Source of the DNA: an uncultured Verrucomicrobiaceae bacterium
GTDB lineage: Bacteria; Pseudomonadota; Gammaproteobacteria; Pseudomonadales; CAMLJR01
Length of the DNA: 64,000 bases
Direction of reading: 5' to 3'
Assembly (NCBI GenBank): GCA_964638025.1
Contig: CAZWXW010000008.1
Span: 12,285 to 76,284, forward strand
Position numbers and translations under genes: made by a program. The notes below the pieces were generated by a model that ran no database searches, was not told where the DNA came from, and was given only the letters and a program-made list of their open reading frames with translations. This document shows, piece by piece, positions 9,151 through 18,948 of this stretch (position 1 is its first letter; every line of letters begins with the position of its first letter).

Positions 9151-9900
9151 ATGGTCTGGCGTCTGCTGGCGGGATTGATGGCACTGGTGTGGTGGGCGGG
9201 CGCGATGGCGGCGGACAGCGCCGTGCTGCGGGTGGGCACGGCGTTCGACCGGCCGCCGCTGAGCTTTCAGAGCGAGGGCGAGTGGGTCGGCATGGAGGCG
9301 GATTTCGCCCGTGTGCTGGCGGCCCAGCTCGGCCGCAAGCTGCAGCCGGTGCCGCTGGCGCGCAGTGCCCTGCTGCCGGCATTGCAGAGCGGCGAGATCG
9401 ATATCGCCATGGCCGGGCTGGTCATCGACGACGCGGGGCTGGCACAGGCTGATTTCACCATGTCGTATCAGAAGGCGGGGCTGATGCCGGTGATCCGCGT
9501 CGTCGACGTGCAGCGCTTCCGTGGCCCCGGCAGCCTGATGCAGCCCGGCTACCGGCTCGGCTACGTCCGCGACAGTGGCGGCGGTCGCGTCGCCGAGCAG
9601 CTCGGGATCAAGGATGGCATCGGCTTCGACGCGCCGGCGCAGGGGCTGCAGGCGCTGCTCGACGGCAAGATCGACCTGCTGATCGATCGCGCGGCGACCA
9701 GCTGGGTGCTGCCGACCGAGCCGCGCTACGGCGACTTGATGAGCCTCGACCGGCTGCTGACCGAGGAGTTGCTGGCGTGGGCGGTACGCAAGGGCGATGA
9801 CGCCTGGCGGCAGCGCATCGACGCCGAGCTGGGGCGGATGCGGCAGACCGGCGTGCAGCAGCACATCCTCGACCGCTGGGTGCCGGTGCAACCGCAGTAG
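9151..9900 (+). CDS. Periplasmic substrate-binding protein, family 3 (amino-acid ABC type), orphan
   Basis: Signal peptide 'MVWRLLAGLMALVWWAGAMAADS'. SBP_bac_3-like blocks 'LRVGTAFDRPPLSF' and 'GEIDIAMAGLVIDD'. No permease or ATPase gene is adjacent. Confidence 0.75.
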   Translation: MVWRLLAGLMALVWWAGAMAADSAVLRVGTAFDRPPLSFQSEGEWVGMEADFARVLAAQLGRKLQPVPLARSALLPALQSGEIDIAMAGLVIDDAGLAQADFTMSYQKAGLMPVIRVVDVQRFRGPGSLMQPGYRLGYVRDSGGGRVAEQLGIKDGIGFDAPAQGLQALLDGKIDLLIDRAATSWVLPTEPRYGDLMSLDRLLTEELLAWAVRKGDDAWRQRIDAELGRMRQTGVQQHILDRWVPVQPQ

Positions 9901-10075
9901 TGGCGACGCGAGCGGCCCTGCATGTCGGCGCTGGATATGTCCACACGGGATTGGCACTGCGCCGCATTTGTCGCAGATCAACCCGCTGTCGGCTCCGCAG
10001 TGGCGCCGCGTCGACTACCATCTGCCGGTACAAAAAAATAAGGTTCGGCGATGTTGCCGGGCGGCGGTGGCGGGG

Positions 10076-10777
10076 GTGACATTGCGTCGACTGGGGTGGG
10101 TTCTGATTGCGCTGCTGGCGGGGTGCCATTTGTGGCCGCGCGAGGCCGAGGTGGCGCTGCCTCCCGCTGGCGAGATGCCGGTGCTGTCGGAGCAGGGCGC
10201 GACGCTGTACCGGGTCAGAGACAGCGCCTCGGTGGTCACGCTGAGGGTTTACCGCGAGGGCATGCTGGCGAAGCTCGGCCACAACCACGTCATCACCGCC
10301 ACCCGCATCTCCGGCACCGTCTTCCTGCAGGGTGAGCTGTGGCGCTCCGGCGCCCGCCTGCTGATCCCGGTGCGCGATCTCGCGGTCGACCGCCCGGCCG
10401 ACCGCCGCGCCGCCGGCAAGGAGTTTCCCGGCACGCTGAAGCCCGAGGCGATCGAGGGCACCCGCCGCAACATGCTCTCCACTCAGCTGCTCTATGCCGA
10501 GGCGCACCAGTTCATCGAATTGCGCGTGGCCGGCATACGCGGCGATCCGCCCAACGTGACGCTGGTGGCGCGCGCCAAGGTGCGGGGAAAGGTCAGCGAC
10601 CTGCTGATACCGGCCCGTCTGGAGGTGACGCCGAACCGCATCAAGGTGATGGGGTCGATGCAGATCTCGCAGCGCGAGCTCGGGCTGGAGCCGTTCAGCG
10701 TGCTGAATGGCAACCTGCGGGTGCGGGATGTGGTCGACGCCGACTTTTATTTGATAGCGAACCGCGTGCCGCAATAG
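10076..10777 (+). CDS. YceI-like lipid/polyisoprenoid-binding lipoprotein
   Basis: Lipobox 'LLAGC'. YceI-like features 'LAKLGHNHVI' and 'ISQRELGLEPFSVLNGNLRVRDVVDADFYL'. The start (GTG at 10076) is uncertain. Confidence 0.65.
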   Translation: MTLRRLGWVLIALLAGCHLWPREAEVALPPAGEMPVLSEQGATLYRVRDSASVVTLRVYREGMLAKLGHNHVITATRISGTVFLQGELWRSGARLLIPVRDLAVDRPADRRAAGKEFPGTLKPEAIEGTRRNMLSTQLLYAEAHQFIELRVAGIRGDPPNVTLVARAKVRGKVSDLLIPARLEVTPNRIKVMGSMQISQRELGLEPFSVLNGNLRVRDVVDADFYLIANRVPQ

Positions 10778-10882
10778 CCAGCGATAGCTGGCAGGCGGCG
10801 TGGGGTGGCGTTCGGGAAAGGCGGCCGCCAGGCGGCCGCGGAAGATATCAGGCCGCTGGTCGCGGCCTGTTGGCTATCGGGC

Positions 10883-11038
10883 TCAGTCGTCCCGGCGGTC
10901 GCGACCCGAGCGGCGCTCGGGGCCGCTGTAGTCGACACTCTTTTCCTTCTCCTTGCGGCGATCGGCGCGAGTCTTGCGCTCTTCCAGGGCCGATTCGATC
11001 ACCTTCACCTTCTTCGGGGTCAACGTCGTTTCGCTCAT
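10883..11038 (-). CDS. Small basic hypothetical protein (51 aa, below the ORF-track cutoff)
   Basis: Hand translation gives MSETTLTPKKVKVIESALEERKTRADRRKEKEKSVDYSGPERRSGRDRRDD. A GAAGGA Shine-Dalgarno lies 5 nt upstream of the ATG. Codon third positions are GC-rich. Confidence 0.45.
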   Translation of the reverse strand: MSETTLTPKKVKVIESALEERKTRADRRKEKEKSVDYSGPERRSGRDRRDD

Positions 11039-11251
11039 GATCCTTCTCTATGACCCCCTGGGGGGCTTGTCACAGTGGCGGCGCAAACCGCGCCGATAAC
11101 AGCCTTTAGTTATAGACCCGGTTTAGGGTTTATCAACCGCCCGCTGCGCGGCGGCCAGGCGCTGGTTGCAGCGGGGGGTGCGACGGCGGGAGGTACGGCA
11201 GGCGGTACAACAGGAGCCACAACAGATATCCGGTGGGGTGGCGGCGGCCGT

Positions 11252-11899
11252 TCAGCGGGTCGCGGCACCGGTTGCAGGAGCGGGAATTGTAGCCGGCACC
11301 GCGCCCGCTGCTGCCGCCCTGGCTGCCGGCGGCAGATCGAGATAGCGCTGCAGGGCCTGCTGGCCGAGCGCCTCGGCGTCGCGCTCCACCGCCTGATAGT
11401 CGTCGACATAGCGCTGGGCGAAGGCGGCGGTGCCGCCCCAGTGCCGGTACTGCAGCAGATGCCCCAGTTCATGCCCCCACCAGCGCGCGTCGGCGGCGCT
11501 GGCGAAGGTCGGCTCACGGCTGAAGATGATCAGGTCGGGCACCGACACCGCGTGGTCCTGGTCGAGCAGTTCGCGGTGGCCGCGATTCAGCAGCGCCGGC
11601 AGCGTCGGCGCATCGATGCTGACGGTATAGCGAGCCTGCGCCAGCAGCTCGTCCGGCAGCAGGCCGCGCATCAGTTCCCGCACCGGCGCCGGCAGCGGCC
11701 GGCCGTCGGCGACGTGGCGGTCGCGGGCGTAGCGCAGTTCGACATCGAGCTGGTTGATCGCCAGCGCGCGCACCGTCTGCAGCCACGGTGGTTGTACCGG
11801 TGCCGCCTGAGCCGGGTGCAGCGGTGTTTCCTGCGCCGGCAGGGTTGGCGAAGAGAGTGCGGCCAGTGTCAGCAGCAGGGTCGGAAGCAGTTTCGGCAT
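11252..11899 (-). CDS. Secreted HExxH-motif protein (putative zinc metallopeptidase-like)
   Basis: Signal peptide 'MPKLLPTLLLTLAALSSPTLPAQE' and motif 'WWGHELGHLLQY'. It is the 3' part of the listed 11252..13207 ORF. The upstream part of that ORF is antisense to the AI-2E transporter gene and is judged spurious. Confidence 0.6.
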   Translation of the reverse strand: MPKLLPTLLLTLAALSSPTLPAQETPLHPAQAAPVQPPWLQTVRALAINQLDVELRYARDRHVADGRPLPAPVRELMRGLLPDELLAQARYTVSIDAPTLPALLNRGHRELLDQDHAVSVPDLIIFSREPTFASAADARWWGHELGHLLQYRHWGGTAAFAQRYVDDYQAVERDAEALGQQALQRYLDLPPAARAAAAGAVPATIPAPATGAATR

Positions 11900-12067
11900 G
11901 CGGTATCGGTAGTCGCTCGGTGATCGGTCGATGGGTGGCGGCGCGAGTGTGGCAGGTGGCGCTGAATCAGTGCTGAACACTGTTATCGCTGCGCGGTTGT
12001 GAGGGGTGGCAAATGTTGCAATGATCGCGGCCTTTGATTGTGGCTTTGCCGAAAACGGAGATGGACG

Positions 12068-13126
12068 ATGTCGGGAAGACTTGAGCGCAACACCTTCCTG
12101 TTGCTGCTGATTCTGGTGACGATCCTGTTCTTCCGGCTGCTGCTGCCATTCTTCGGTGCCATCTTCTGGGCGATCGCCCTGACCGTGCTGTTCCTGCCGC
12201 TGCAGCAGCTGATTCGCCAGCGCGGCCGGCTCGGTCCCAACCTGGCGGCGCTGGCGACACTGCTCTGCTGCATCCTGATCGTGGTGGTGCCGATGGCGAT
12301 CGTGCTCAGCTCGGGGGTGCAGCAGGGGATCGACCTCTATCACAAGCTGGAGAGCGGCGAGATCGACTACACCGTCTATGTCGATCGCGCCAAGGCCGCT
12401 TTCCCGCAGGTGATCGCCCTGCTCGACCGCGTTGGCATCGACCCGGACGGCCTGCGCAAACAGCTCTCCGATGTCGCCGTGGCGACCAGCCAGTTCGTCG
12501 CCAAGCGCTCGCTGACGATCGGCCAGAATGCCCTGAACCTGACCGTCAGCGTCGTGCTGATGCTCTACATGACCTTCTTCTTCCTGCGCGACAACCGCAG
12601 TCTGGTCGACCTGCTGATTCGCGCGCTGCCGCTGGGCGACGCGCGCGAGCGGCTGCTGTTCTCCAAGTTCGCCGAAGTGACGCGCGCCACGGTCAAGGGC
12701 AACCTGGTGGTGGCGGCGACGCAGGGCGCGCTGGGCGGCCTGATCTTCTGGATTCTCGATGTGCAGGCGGCGCTGCTGTGGGGGGTGGTGATGGCGATCG
12801 CCTCGCTGGTGCCGGCGGTCGGCGCCGCGCTGATCTGGGCGCCGGTGGCGATCTACTTCCTGCTCAGTGGCGACTATTTCAGCGGCGTCGTGCTGATTGT
12901 GTTTGGCGCCGGGGTCATCGGTCTGGTCGACAATGTGCTGCGCCCGGTGCTGGTGGGGCGCGATACCCGCATGCCGGACTATCTGGTGCTGCTGTCGACG
13001 CTGGGCGGGTTCGCCATGTTCGGCATCAACGGTTTCGTCATCGGGCCGCTGGTGGCGGCGCTGTTCCTCGCCTTCTGGGACATCTTCATTCGCGAGTTCA
13101 ACCCGGAAACGGCCGGTAACGTGTAG
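12068..13126 (+). CDS. AI-2E family transporter (PerM/YhhT, UPF0118)
   Basis: Multi-pass membrane protein with blocks 'TVKGNLVVAATQGALGGLIFWIL' and 'VDNVLRPVLVGRDTRMPDYLVLLSTLGG'. Start chosen at MSGRLE. Confidence 0.85.
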   Translation: MSGRLERNTFLLLLILVTILFFRLLLPFFGAIFWAIALTVLFLPLQQLIRQRGRLGPNLAALATLLCCILIVVVPMAIVLSSGVQQGIDLYHKLESGEIDYTVYVDRAKAAFPQVIALLDRVGIDPDGLRKQLSDVAVATSQFVAKRSLTIGQNALNLTVSVVLMLYMTFFFLRDNRSLVDLLIRALPLGDARERLLFSKFAEVTRATVKGNLVVAATQGALGGLIFWILDVQAALLWGVVMAIASLVPAVGAALIWAPVAIYFLLSGDYFSGVVLIVFGAGVIGLVDNVLRPVLVGRDTRMPDYLVLLSTLGGFAMFGINGFVIGPLVAALFLAFWDIFIREFNPETAGNV

Positions 13127-13194
13127 CCGTGGGGCCGGTCGCGTGCAGACGCCGGCAAGGGGCGGATCGATGCGGTTGTAAACGGCGGAAAGCA

Positions 13195-13220
13195 AACGGG
13201 GCGGCAAATGCCGCCCCGTT
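13195..13220. terminator. Bidirectional rho-independent terminator
   Basis: Perfect 11-bp stem AACGGGGCGGC/GCCGCCCCGTT with loop AAAT. T-rich tracts flank it on both strands (CCGTTTC on plus, TTTGCTTTCC on minus). It lies between convergent genes. Confidence 0.65.
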
Positions 13221-13274
13221 CCGTTTCAGTCTCGCCACAGCCCGCAGGGGGTGTGGCGATTGCAGCCCTTCCGG

Positions 13275-13535
13275 TTACTTGCAGGCCTTCTTGGCGGCGC
13301 TGATCTGTTTCTTGTCGCAGTCGTCCTTCAGGCCGACGCCCTGGCACCAGAGCTTGCGGTTGTTCCAGGCGCTGACCTCTTTCTCCTCGCCGTCCGAACA
13401 CTTGACCTTGAACTGCGCGTAGATCTCATCGTCGACCGGAACTTCCTGCACGTAGACGATGCTGGTGGGCTTGCCGGCAAAGGCAGCACTGGCAACGAAG
13501 GTCAGCGCGGCAGCCATCAGAATCTTTTTGTTCAT
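13275..13535 (-). CDS. Small secreted Cys-containing hypothetical protein (86 aa)
   Basis: Start MNKKIL with an AGGAGA Shine-Dalgarno. Signal peptide 'MNKKILMAAALTFVASAAFAG'. Four Cys residues in the mature part. Confidence 0.7.
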   Translation of the reverse strand: MNKKILMAAALTFVASAAFAGKPTSIVYVQEVPVDDEIYAQFKVKCSDGEEKEVSAWNNRKLWCQGVGLKDDCDKKQISAAKKACK

Positions 13536-13624
13536 GACATCTCTCCTGGTAGTACATCGGCAGCAACCGATGCGAATCTGTATCTCACGCTGACAGTAAA
13601 TATCCGCGCGGCAGACAACGCCAA

Positions 13625-15487
13625 TTACGGTTGCGTAACCCGGTGCGGGTGAGCCTCCGGGTTCGTTTGCGCCGAGGGTGAAGTCGTCGCTTCGCCCTGC
13701 TCCTGCTGCAGACGCCACATCTGGGCGAAGCGTCCGCCGAGGGTGAGCAGCTCGCTGAAGGTTCCCTGCTCGACCAGCTGGCCGTGCTCCAGCACCAGAA
13801 TGCGATCGGCGTCGACCACGGTGGAGAGACGGTGGGCGATCACCAGCGTGGTGCGATCGGTCGAGATCGCTTTCAGTTCGTCCTGGATCGCGCGCTCGGT
13901 GCGCGAGTCGAGTGCCGAGGTCGCTTCGTCGAAGATCAGGATGGCGGGATTCTTCAGCAGCGTGCGCGCGATCGCCACGCGCTGCTTCTCGCCTCCGGAC
14001 AGTTTCAGCCCGCGTTCGCCGACCATGGCGTCGTAGCCGTCGGGCAGGCGCTTGATGAAGTCGTGAATGTGAGCGGCGCGGGCGGCGGCGATCACTTCGT
14101 CGCGCGTCGCCTCGGGGCGGCCGTAGGCGATGTTGTAGAAAATGGTGTCGTTGAACAGCACGGTGTCCTGCGGCACGATGCCGAGCGCCGCGCGCAGGCT
14201 GGTCTGGGTGACGTCGCGAATATCCTGGCCGTCGATGGTGATGCGGCCGCTGTTGACGTCGTAGAAGCGGAACAGCAGTCGCGACAGCGTCGACTTGCCG
14301 GCGCCGGAGCTGCCGACCACGGCGACGGTGTGGCCGGCCGGAATGTCGAAGTCGACGCCGAACAGAATCTGGCGGCGAGATTCATAGCCGAAGTCGACGC
14401 GCTCGAAGCGGATCGCCGCGCCGGCGCGAGTATCGAGTGGCAGCGCATCCGGCTTGTCGCGCACCTCCTGATGTTCGTGCAGCAGCGTGAACATCCGCTC
14501 CAGATCGATCAGCGCCTGCTTGATCTCGCGATACATCACGCCGAAGAAGTTGAGCGGCACGTAGAGCTGGATCAGCAGCGCGTTGACCATCACCAGGTCG
14601 CCGACCGTCAACTGACCGGCGGCGATGCCGACCGATGCGCGCCACATCAGCAGCGTTACCGTCAGCGCGATCACCGCGCTCTGCACCGCGTTGAGGATGC
14701 CGAGCGAGGTTTCGCTCTTGACTGCCGCCCCTTCGTAACGCTGCAGGTTGCCGTCGTAGCGCTGCGTCTCATAGGCCTCGTTGCCGAAATACTTCACCGT
14801 CTCGTAATTCAGCAGCGAGTCGATCGCCTTGGTGTTGGCGCGCGAATCCTCGTCGTTCATCGTGCGCCGGTGTGCCGTGCGCCACTCGGTGATGGCGAAT
14901 GTGGTGGCGATGTAGATGGCGACGCCGCCGATCGTGATCAGCGCGAACTCGATGCCGAGGCGGGTGTAGAGCAGCGCGGTGACCAGCACCAGTTCGAACA
15001 GTGTCGGCAGCACGCTGAAGATCAGGTAGCTCATCAGCGTGCCGATGCCGCGCGTGCCGCGCTCGATGTCGCGCGAGACACCGCCGGTGTGGCGCTCGAG
15101 GTGGAAGCGCAGGCTCAGTGCATGCAGGTGGCGGAAGACGCTGAGCGCGATGCGTCGGGTCGCGCGCTGCGTCACGCGCACGAACAGGATGTCGCGCAAC
15201 TCGCCGAACAGGGTGGCCGAAAGTCGCAGCAGGCCGTAGGCGGCGAGCAGCGCCACCGGCACCACGGCGATCGCCGCCGGCCCGCTGAAACCATCGACGA
15301 TCTGCTTCATCAGCAGCGGCACGCCGATGTTGGCGAACTTGGCGATCACCAGCAGCAGCAACGCCAGTGCGACGCGGCCGCGATACTCGCGCAGGTAGGG
15401 CAGCAGCTGGCGCAGCGCGCCCCATTCGCTGCCGGAACCCGCGGTCGATGTTTTTTCGGAAGAGGGATTCGAGCGGGAAGCGGTCAT
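13625..15487 (-). CDS. ABC transporter permease/ATPase fusion, ABCB Atm1/HMT1-like exporter
   Basis: Six-TM N-terminal domain. Walker A 'GSSGAGKST', signature 'LSGGEKQRVAIAR' and Walker B 'ILIFDEATSALD'. Confidence 0.88.
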   Translation of the reverse strand: MTASRSNPSSEKTSTAGSGSEWGALRQLLPYLREYRGRVALALLLLVIAKFANIGVPLLMKQIVDGFSGPAAIAVVPVALLAAYGLLRLSATLFGELRDILFVRVTQRATRRIALSVFRHLHALSLRFHLERHTGGVSRDIERGTRGIGTLMSYLIFSVLPTLFELVLVTALLYTRLGIEFALITIGGVAIYIATTFAITEWRTAHRRTMNDEDSRANTKAIDSLLNYETVKYFGNEAYETQRYDGNLQRYEGAAVKSETSLGILNAVQSAVIALTVTLLMWRASVGIAAGQLTVGDLVMVNALLIQLYVPLNFFGVMYREIKQALIDLERMFTLLHEHQEVRDKPDALPLDTRAGAAIRFERVDFGYESRRQILFGVDFDIPAGHTVAVVGSSGAGKSTLSRLLFRFYDVNSGRITIDGQDIRDVTQTSLRAALGIVPQDTVLFNDTIFYNIAYGRPEATRDEVIAAARAAHIHDFIKRLPDGYDAMVGERGLKLSGGEKQRVAIARTLLKNPAILIFDEATSALDSRTERAIQDELKAISTDRTTLVIAHRLSTVVDADRILVLEHGQLVEQGTFSELLTLGGRFAQMWRLQQEQGEATTSPSAQTNPEAHPHRVTQP

Positions 15488-15625
15488 GTTGCCATCCGGT
15501 GTCGCGGCAACGGCTGGCCGCGGGTGGCCGGATTGTAGCGAATGGTGCCGGATACGCAGGGGCGTTGCTTGCTGCGCCCGGTCTGGGGCTGCGGCAGGTT
15601 CAGGGAGGGACGCGTTCCGGGGATA

Positions 15626-16849
15626 TCAATTGGCGTGCGACATGATGAAGTCGCGCACCAGCGGGTAGACCTCGTTCTCCCAGCGCCGGCCGCTGAAAAC
15701 ACCGTAGTGGCCGACACCGGGCTGCACATGGTGCTTCTTCTTGTACTGGCGCAGGTTCTTGCACATATCCTGCGCCGCCAGCGTCTGCCCGAGCGAGCAG
15801 ACGTCGTCGCGCTCGCCCTCGATGGTGAACAGCGCGGTCTTGCGGATCTTGCCGCAGTCGATGTCGCGCCCTTTCACTTTCATGATGCCGCGCGGCAGGT
15901 GGTACTCCTGAAACACGGTTCTGACGGTCTGCAGGTAGAACTCGGCGGGCATGTCCATCACCGCCAGATACTCTTCGTAGAAGTCGCGCACCGACTCCGC
16001 CTCGCTGCGTTCGTTGCGCACGAAGTTGGCGAACATATCGATCATCGAGGAGGCGTGACGGCCGGGGTTCATCGACATGAACGCGGTGATCTGCAGGAAG
16101 CCGGGGTAGACCTTGCGCAGTGCACCGCGATAGCGCAGCGGCACCGTGCTGATGACATTGCGCTCGAACCATTCGATCGGCTTGTCGTTGGCGAGCTTGT
16201 TTACCTCGGACGGGTTGATGCGGCAGTCGATCGGCCCGGCCATCAGCGTCATCGATGCCGGTTGCGCCGGATTCTCCTCGGCCGCCATCAGTGCCACCGC
16301 GGCCAGCGTCGGCACCGTCGGCTGGCAGACCGAAACGACATGCGTGTCGGGGCCGAGCAGTTCGAGATGGCCGATCACATGCAGGATGAAATCGTCGAGA
16401 TCGAAACGGCCGGCGTACAGCGGAATATCGCGCGCGTTGTGCCAGTCGGTGATGTAGACATCGTGGTCGCGCAGCAGCGTGGTCAGTGTCGCTCGCAGCA
16501 GCGTGGCGAAATGGCCCGAAACCGGCGCCACCAGCAGCACCTTCGGCTGGGCGATGTCGATCTGCTTGCGAAAATGCAGCAGGGAGCAGAACGGCGTACG
16601 CTGCACCACCACTTCCTCGATCGCCACGTCGCGGCGACCCACCTTCACCGAGGGAATGCCGTAAGCAGGGCGGTCGTGGGTGAGACCGGCGAGCGCGGTG
16701 AACTCGCAGGCGCCGGTGGCCATTCGCAGCAGCAGGCTCTTGTCGCGCAGCGGATTGTTGAGCAGTGGCAGCATGCTGCGGGCGAAGCCGCGCGCCGGCG
16801 CTGTCATGTCCGCATAGGCCTGGTACGCCTGATAAAGCAGCGAGAACAT
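15626..16849 (-). CDS. phaZ: Intracellular polyhydroxyalkanoate (PHB) depolymerase
   Basis: Start MFSLLYQAYQ. Blocks 'LLVAPVSGHFATLLR', 'VSVCQPTVP' and the C-terminal 'HVQPGVGHYGVFSGRRW' match my recollection of the PHB_depo_C / PhaZ family. Confidence 0.8.
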   Translation of the reverse strand: MFSLLYQAYQAYADMTAPARGFARSMLPLLNNPLRDKSLLLRMATGACEFTALAGLTHDRPAYGIPSVKVGRRDVAIEEVVVQRTPFCSLLHFRKQIDIAQPKVLLVAPVSGHFATLLRATLTTLLRDHDVYITDWHNARDIPLYAGRFDLDDFILHVIGHLELLGPDTHVVSVCQPTVPTLAAVALMAAEENPAQPASMTLMAGPIDCRINPSEVNKLANDKPIEWFERNVISTVPLRYRGALRKVYPGFLQITAFMSMNPGRHASSMIDMFANFVRNERSEAESVRDFYEEYLAVMDMPAEFYLQTVRTVFQEYHLPRGIMKVKGRDIDCGKIRKTALFTIEGERDDVCSLGQTLAAQDMCKNLRQYKKKHHVQPGVGHYGVFSGRRWENEVYPLVRDFIMSHAN

Positions 16850-17309
16850 CTTGGCCTCACGAGTGTCAATCGTTGAAGTGGTCAGCACGGCCGTCGGTCC
16901 AAGCAATGTTGTGATCCATGCACGTGGATGATCCAGGCAATGGATGAAGTGAGTGGAGCAACATGCATGCCACACGTCCGCAGCGAATGTCGCAGTACCA
17001 AGGCGCCATGCTGGTGCGCAATTTGCACTGCACCTCTGCAGGTGCTGTAACTATTTGGTAACAGGCCGAGTTGTTGAATGCGGCAGTCCTGCTGAAGCAG
17101 CCTGCCGTGTTGAACCCTACGGCGCTGAAATGACACTAGCATGGCATCTCCGCCTGTCGACACAGTAAAGGTACTTATGCTGCAGCAAAGGTACCTCTGT
17201 GGAGCTCACGGCAGGCGCTGCCGGCGGCAGCGCTTCAGCCGCAGGACGCGCACTTGATGCGCCGAGATTTTTGTTCGTCTACACACTGATAAACCGACGG
17301 AAATCCGCC

Positions 17310-17960
17310 ATGGCAACACTTACCATCAGCAGCAAGAACTACTCCTCCTGGTCCCTGCGCGGCTGGCTGCTGGCCCGTTTCGCCGGCATCGAGTTCGACG
17401 AGAAGACGGTCTCGCCGGATGACCCCGAAGTGCGTGCCGAGATCCTGTTGCTCTCCTCGTCGATCCGCGTGCCGCGTCTCGAATACGACGGCGTCGAGTG
17501 CTGGGATACGCTGGCGATCGCCGAGTTCCTGAATGAACTCTGTCCACAGGCGCAGCTGCTGCCGGACGATCGCGCGGCGCGCGCCCACTGCCGCTCGATC
17601 TGCGGCGAGATGCACTCCGGCTTCACCGCACTGCGCTCGGCGCTGCCGATGAACATCAAGGCGCACTTCAAGAGCTTCAAGATCTGGTCGCGCGCGCAGG
17701 CCGATATCGATCACATCACCGATATCTGGCGCGACTGCCTCAATCGCTACGGCGGCCCGTTCCTGTTCGGCGCCAGGCCGACCATCGCCGACGCGATGTA
17801 TGCACCGGTGGTACTGCGCCTGAAGACCTACGACGTCGCGCTGGATCCGGTTTGCACGGCGTACTGCAAAGAGATTCTGGCGCTGCCGGATCTGCAGGCG
17901 TGGATCGAGGAGGCACAGAAGGAGCCCGATGACATCGATGAGCTCGAAGCCGAGTTCTGA
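17310..17960 (+). CDS. Glutathione S-transferase family protein
   Basis: 'ISSKNYSSWSLRGWLL' and 'RVPRLEYDGVECWDTLAIAEFL' form a thioredoxin-like GST N-domain. A helical C-domain follows. Start at MATLTI. Confidence 0.8.
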   Translation: MATLTISSKNYSSWSLRGWLLARFAGIEFDEKTVSPDDPEVRAEILLLSSSIRVPRLEYDGVECWDTLAIAEFLNELCPQAQLLPDDRAARAHCRSICGEMHSGFTALRSALPMNIKAHFKSFKIWSRAQADIDHITDIWRDCLNRYGGPFLFGARPTIADAMYAPVVLRLKTYDVALDPVCTAYCKEILALPDLQAWIEEAQKEPDDIDELEAEF

Positions 17961-18093
17961 GACTGCGACCACGGTGCCGGGCACGCTGTTGGTGCCGCGC
18001 TGAGGTTTGCGCACCAGCGAAGGGCGGCTCGCTGCACCGATGCGGTGTGAAGCGGGGGACGTGAACACGGCGCGGGAACCGGGAGAGGGCACG

Positions 18094-18933
18094 ATGCGGC
18101 GGGTGGTGTTCAATCAGAAAGGTGGTGTCGGCAAGTCGAGCATCGCCTGCAACCTCGCCGCGATCAGTGCCAGTCGCGGTCTGCGCACGCTGCTGATCGA
18201 TCTCGATGTGCAGGGCAACTCCAGTTACTACCTCGGCGTCGATGTGCATGCACCGGAGACTCGCGAGGCCGAGGAGAGTGTCGCCCACCTGCTGCGGCGC
18301 AGTGCCGGCGGCTGGTTCAACTCGCCGAAGGCGGCGATCGGTTACGTGCAGGAGACCCGCTTCGAGCACCTCGACCTGCTCGCCGCCAGCCCGCTGCTGA
18401 ATGCGATCGTCACCGAGCTTGAAAGCCGCTACAAGATCTACAAGCTGCGCGAAGCGCTCGACGAGCTGGCCAGCGAATACGATCGCGTCTACATCGACAC
18501 ACCGCCCAACTTCAATTTCTACAGCAAGATCGCGCTGATCGCCGCCGACCGCGTGCTGATTCCGTACGACTGCGACAGCTTTTCGAAGCAGGCGCTCTAC
18601 CAGCTGCTCGACAACGCGCTGGAGTTGAAGCAGGACCACAATCCCGCGCTCGCCATCGAGGGTATCGTCGTCAACCAGTTCAACGGCCAGGCCAATCTGC
18701 CGCGCACCTTGATCGCCGAATTGAAGGCGGAGCAGCTGCCGGTGCTCGACCAGTTCCTGTCGACGTCGGTAAAGATGAAGGAGTCGCATCGCGAGCAGAA
18801 GCCGCTGATCTTCGCCGCGCCGAATCACAAGCTGACGAAAGAGTTCGTGGCGCTGTTCGAGCAGCTGGAGGGCGCGGCACCCGTCGCCGGCCGTGCGCCA
18901 GCCGAACAGGTGCTGCCCGATCCGGTGGCCTGA
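18094..18933 (+). CDS. ParA/MinD-family ATPase (orphan, no parB nearby)
   Basis: Deviant Walker A 'NQKGGVGKSS' and Walker A' 'LLIDLDVQGN'. Start at MRRVVF. Confidence 0.85.
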   Translation: MRRVVFNQKGGVGKSSIACNLAAISASRGLRTLLIDLDVQGNSSYYLGVDVHAPETREAEESVAHLLRRSAGGWFNSPKAAIGYVQETRFEHLDLLAASPLLNAIVTELESRYKIYKLREALDELASEYDRVYIDTPPNFNFYSKIALIAADRVLIPYDCDSFSKQALYQLLDNALELKQDHNPALAIEGIVVNQFNGQANLPRTLIAELKAEQLPVLDQFLSTSVKMKESHREQKPLIFAAPNHKLTKEFVALFEQLEGAAPVAGRAPAEQVLPDPVA

Positions 18934-18948
18934 CTGCGTAGCGGTATG

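Noticed and set aside
11252-13207. The listed 651-aa minus-strand ORF, read as a single gene.
   Set aside because: - Only the last 215 codons (from MPKLLP at 11899) look like a protein, with a signal peptide and an HExxH motif.
- The upstream two-thirds is antisense to the AI-2E transporter gene and is compositionally noise.
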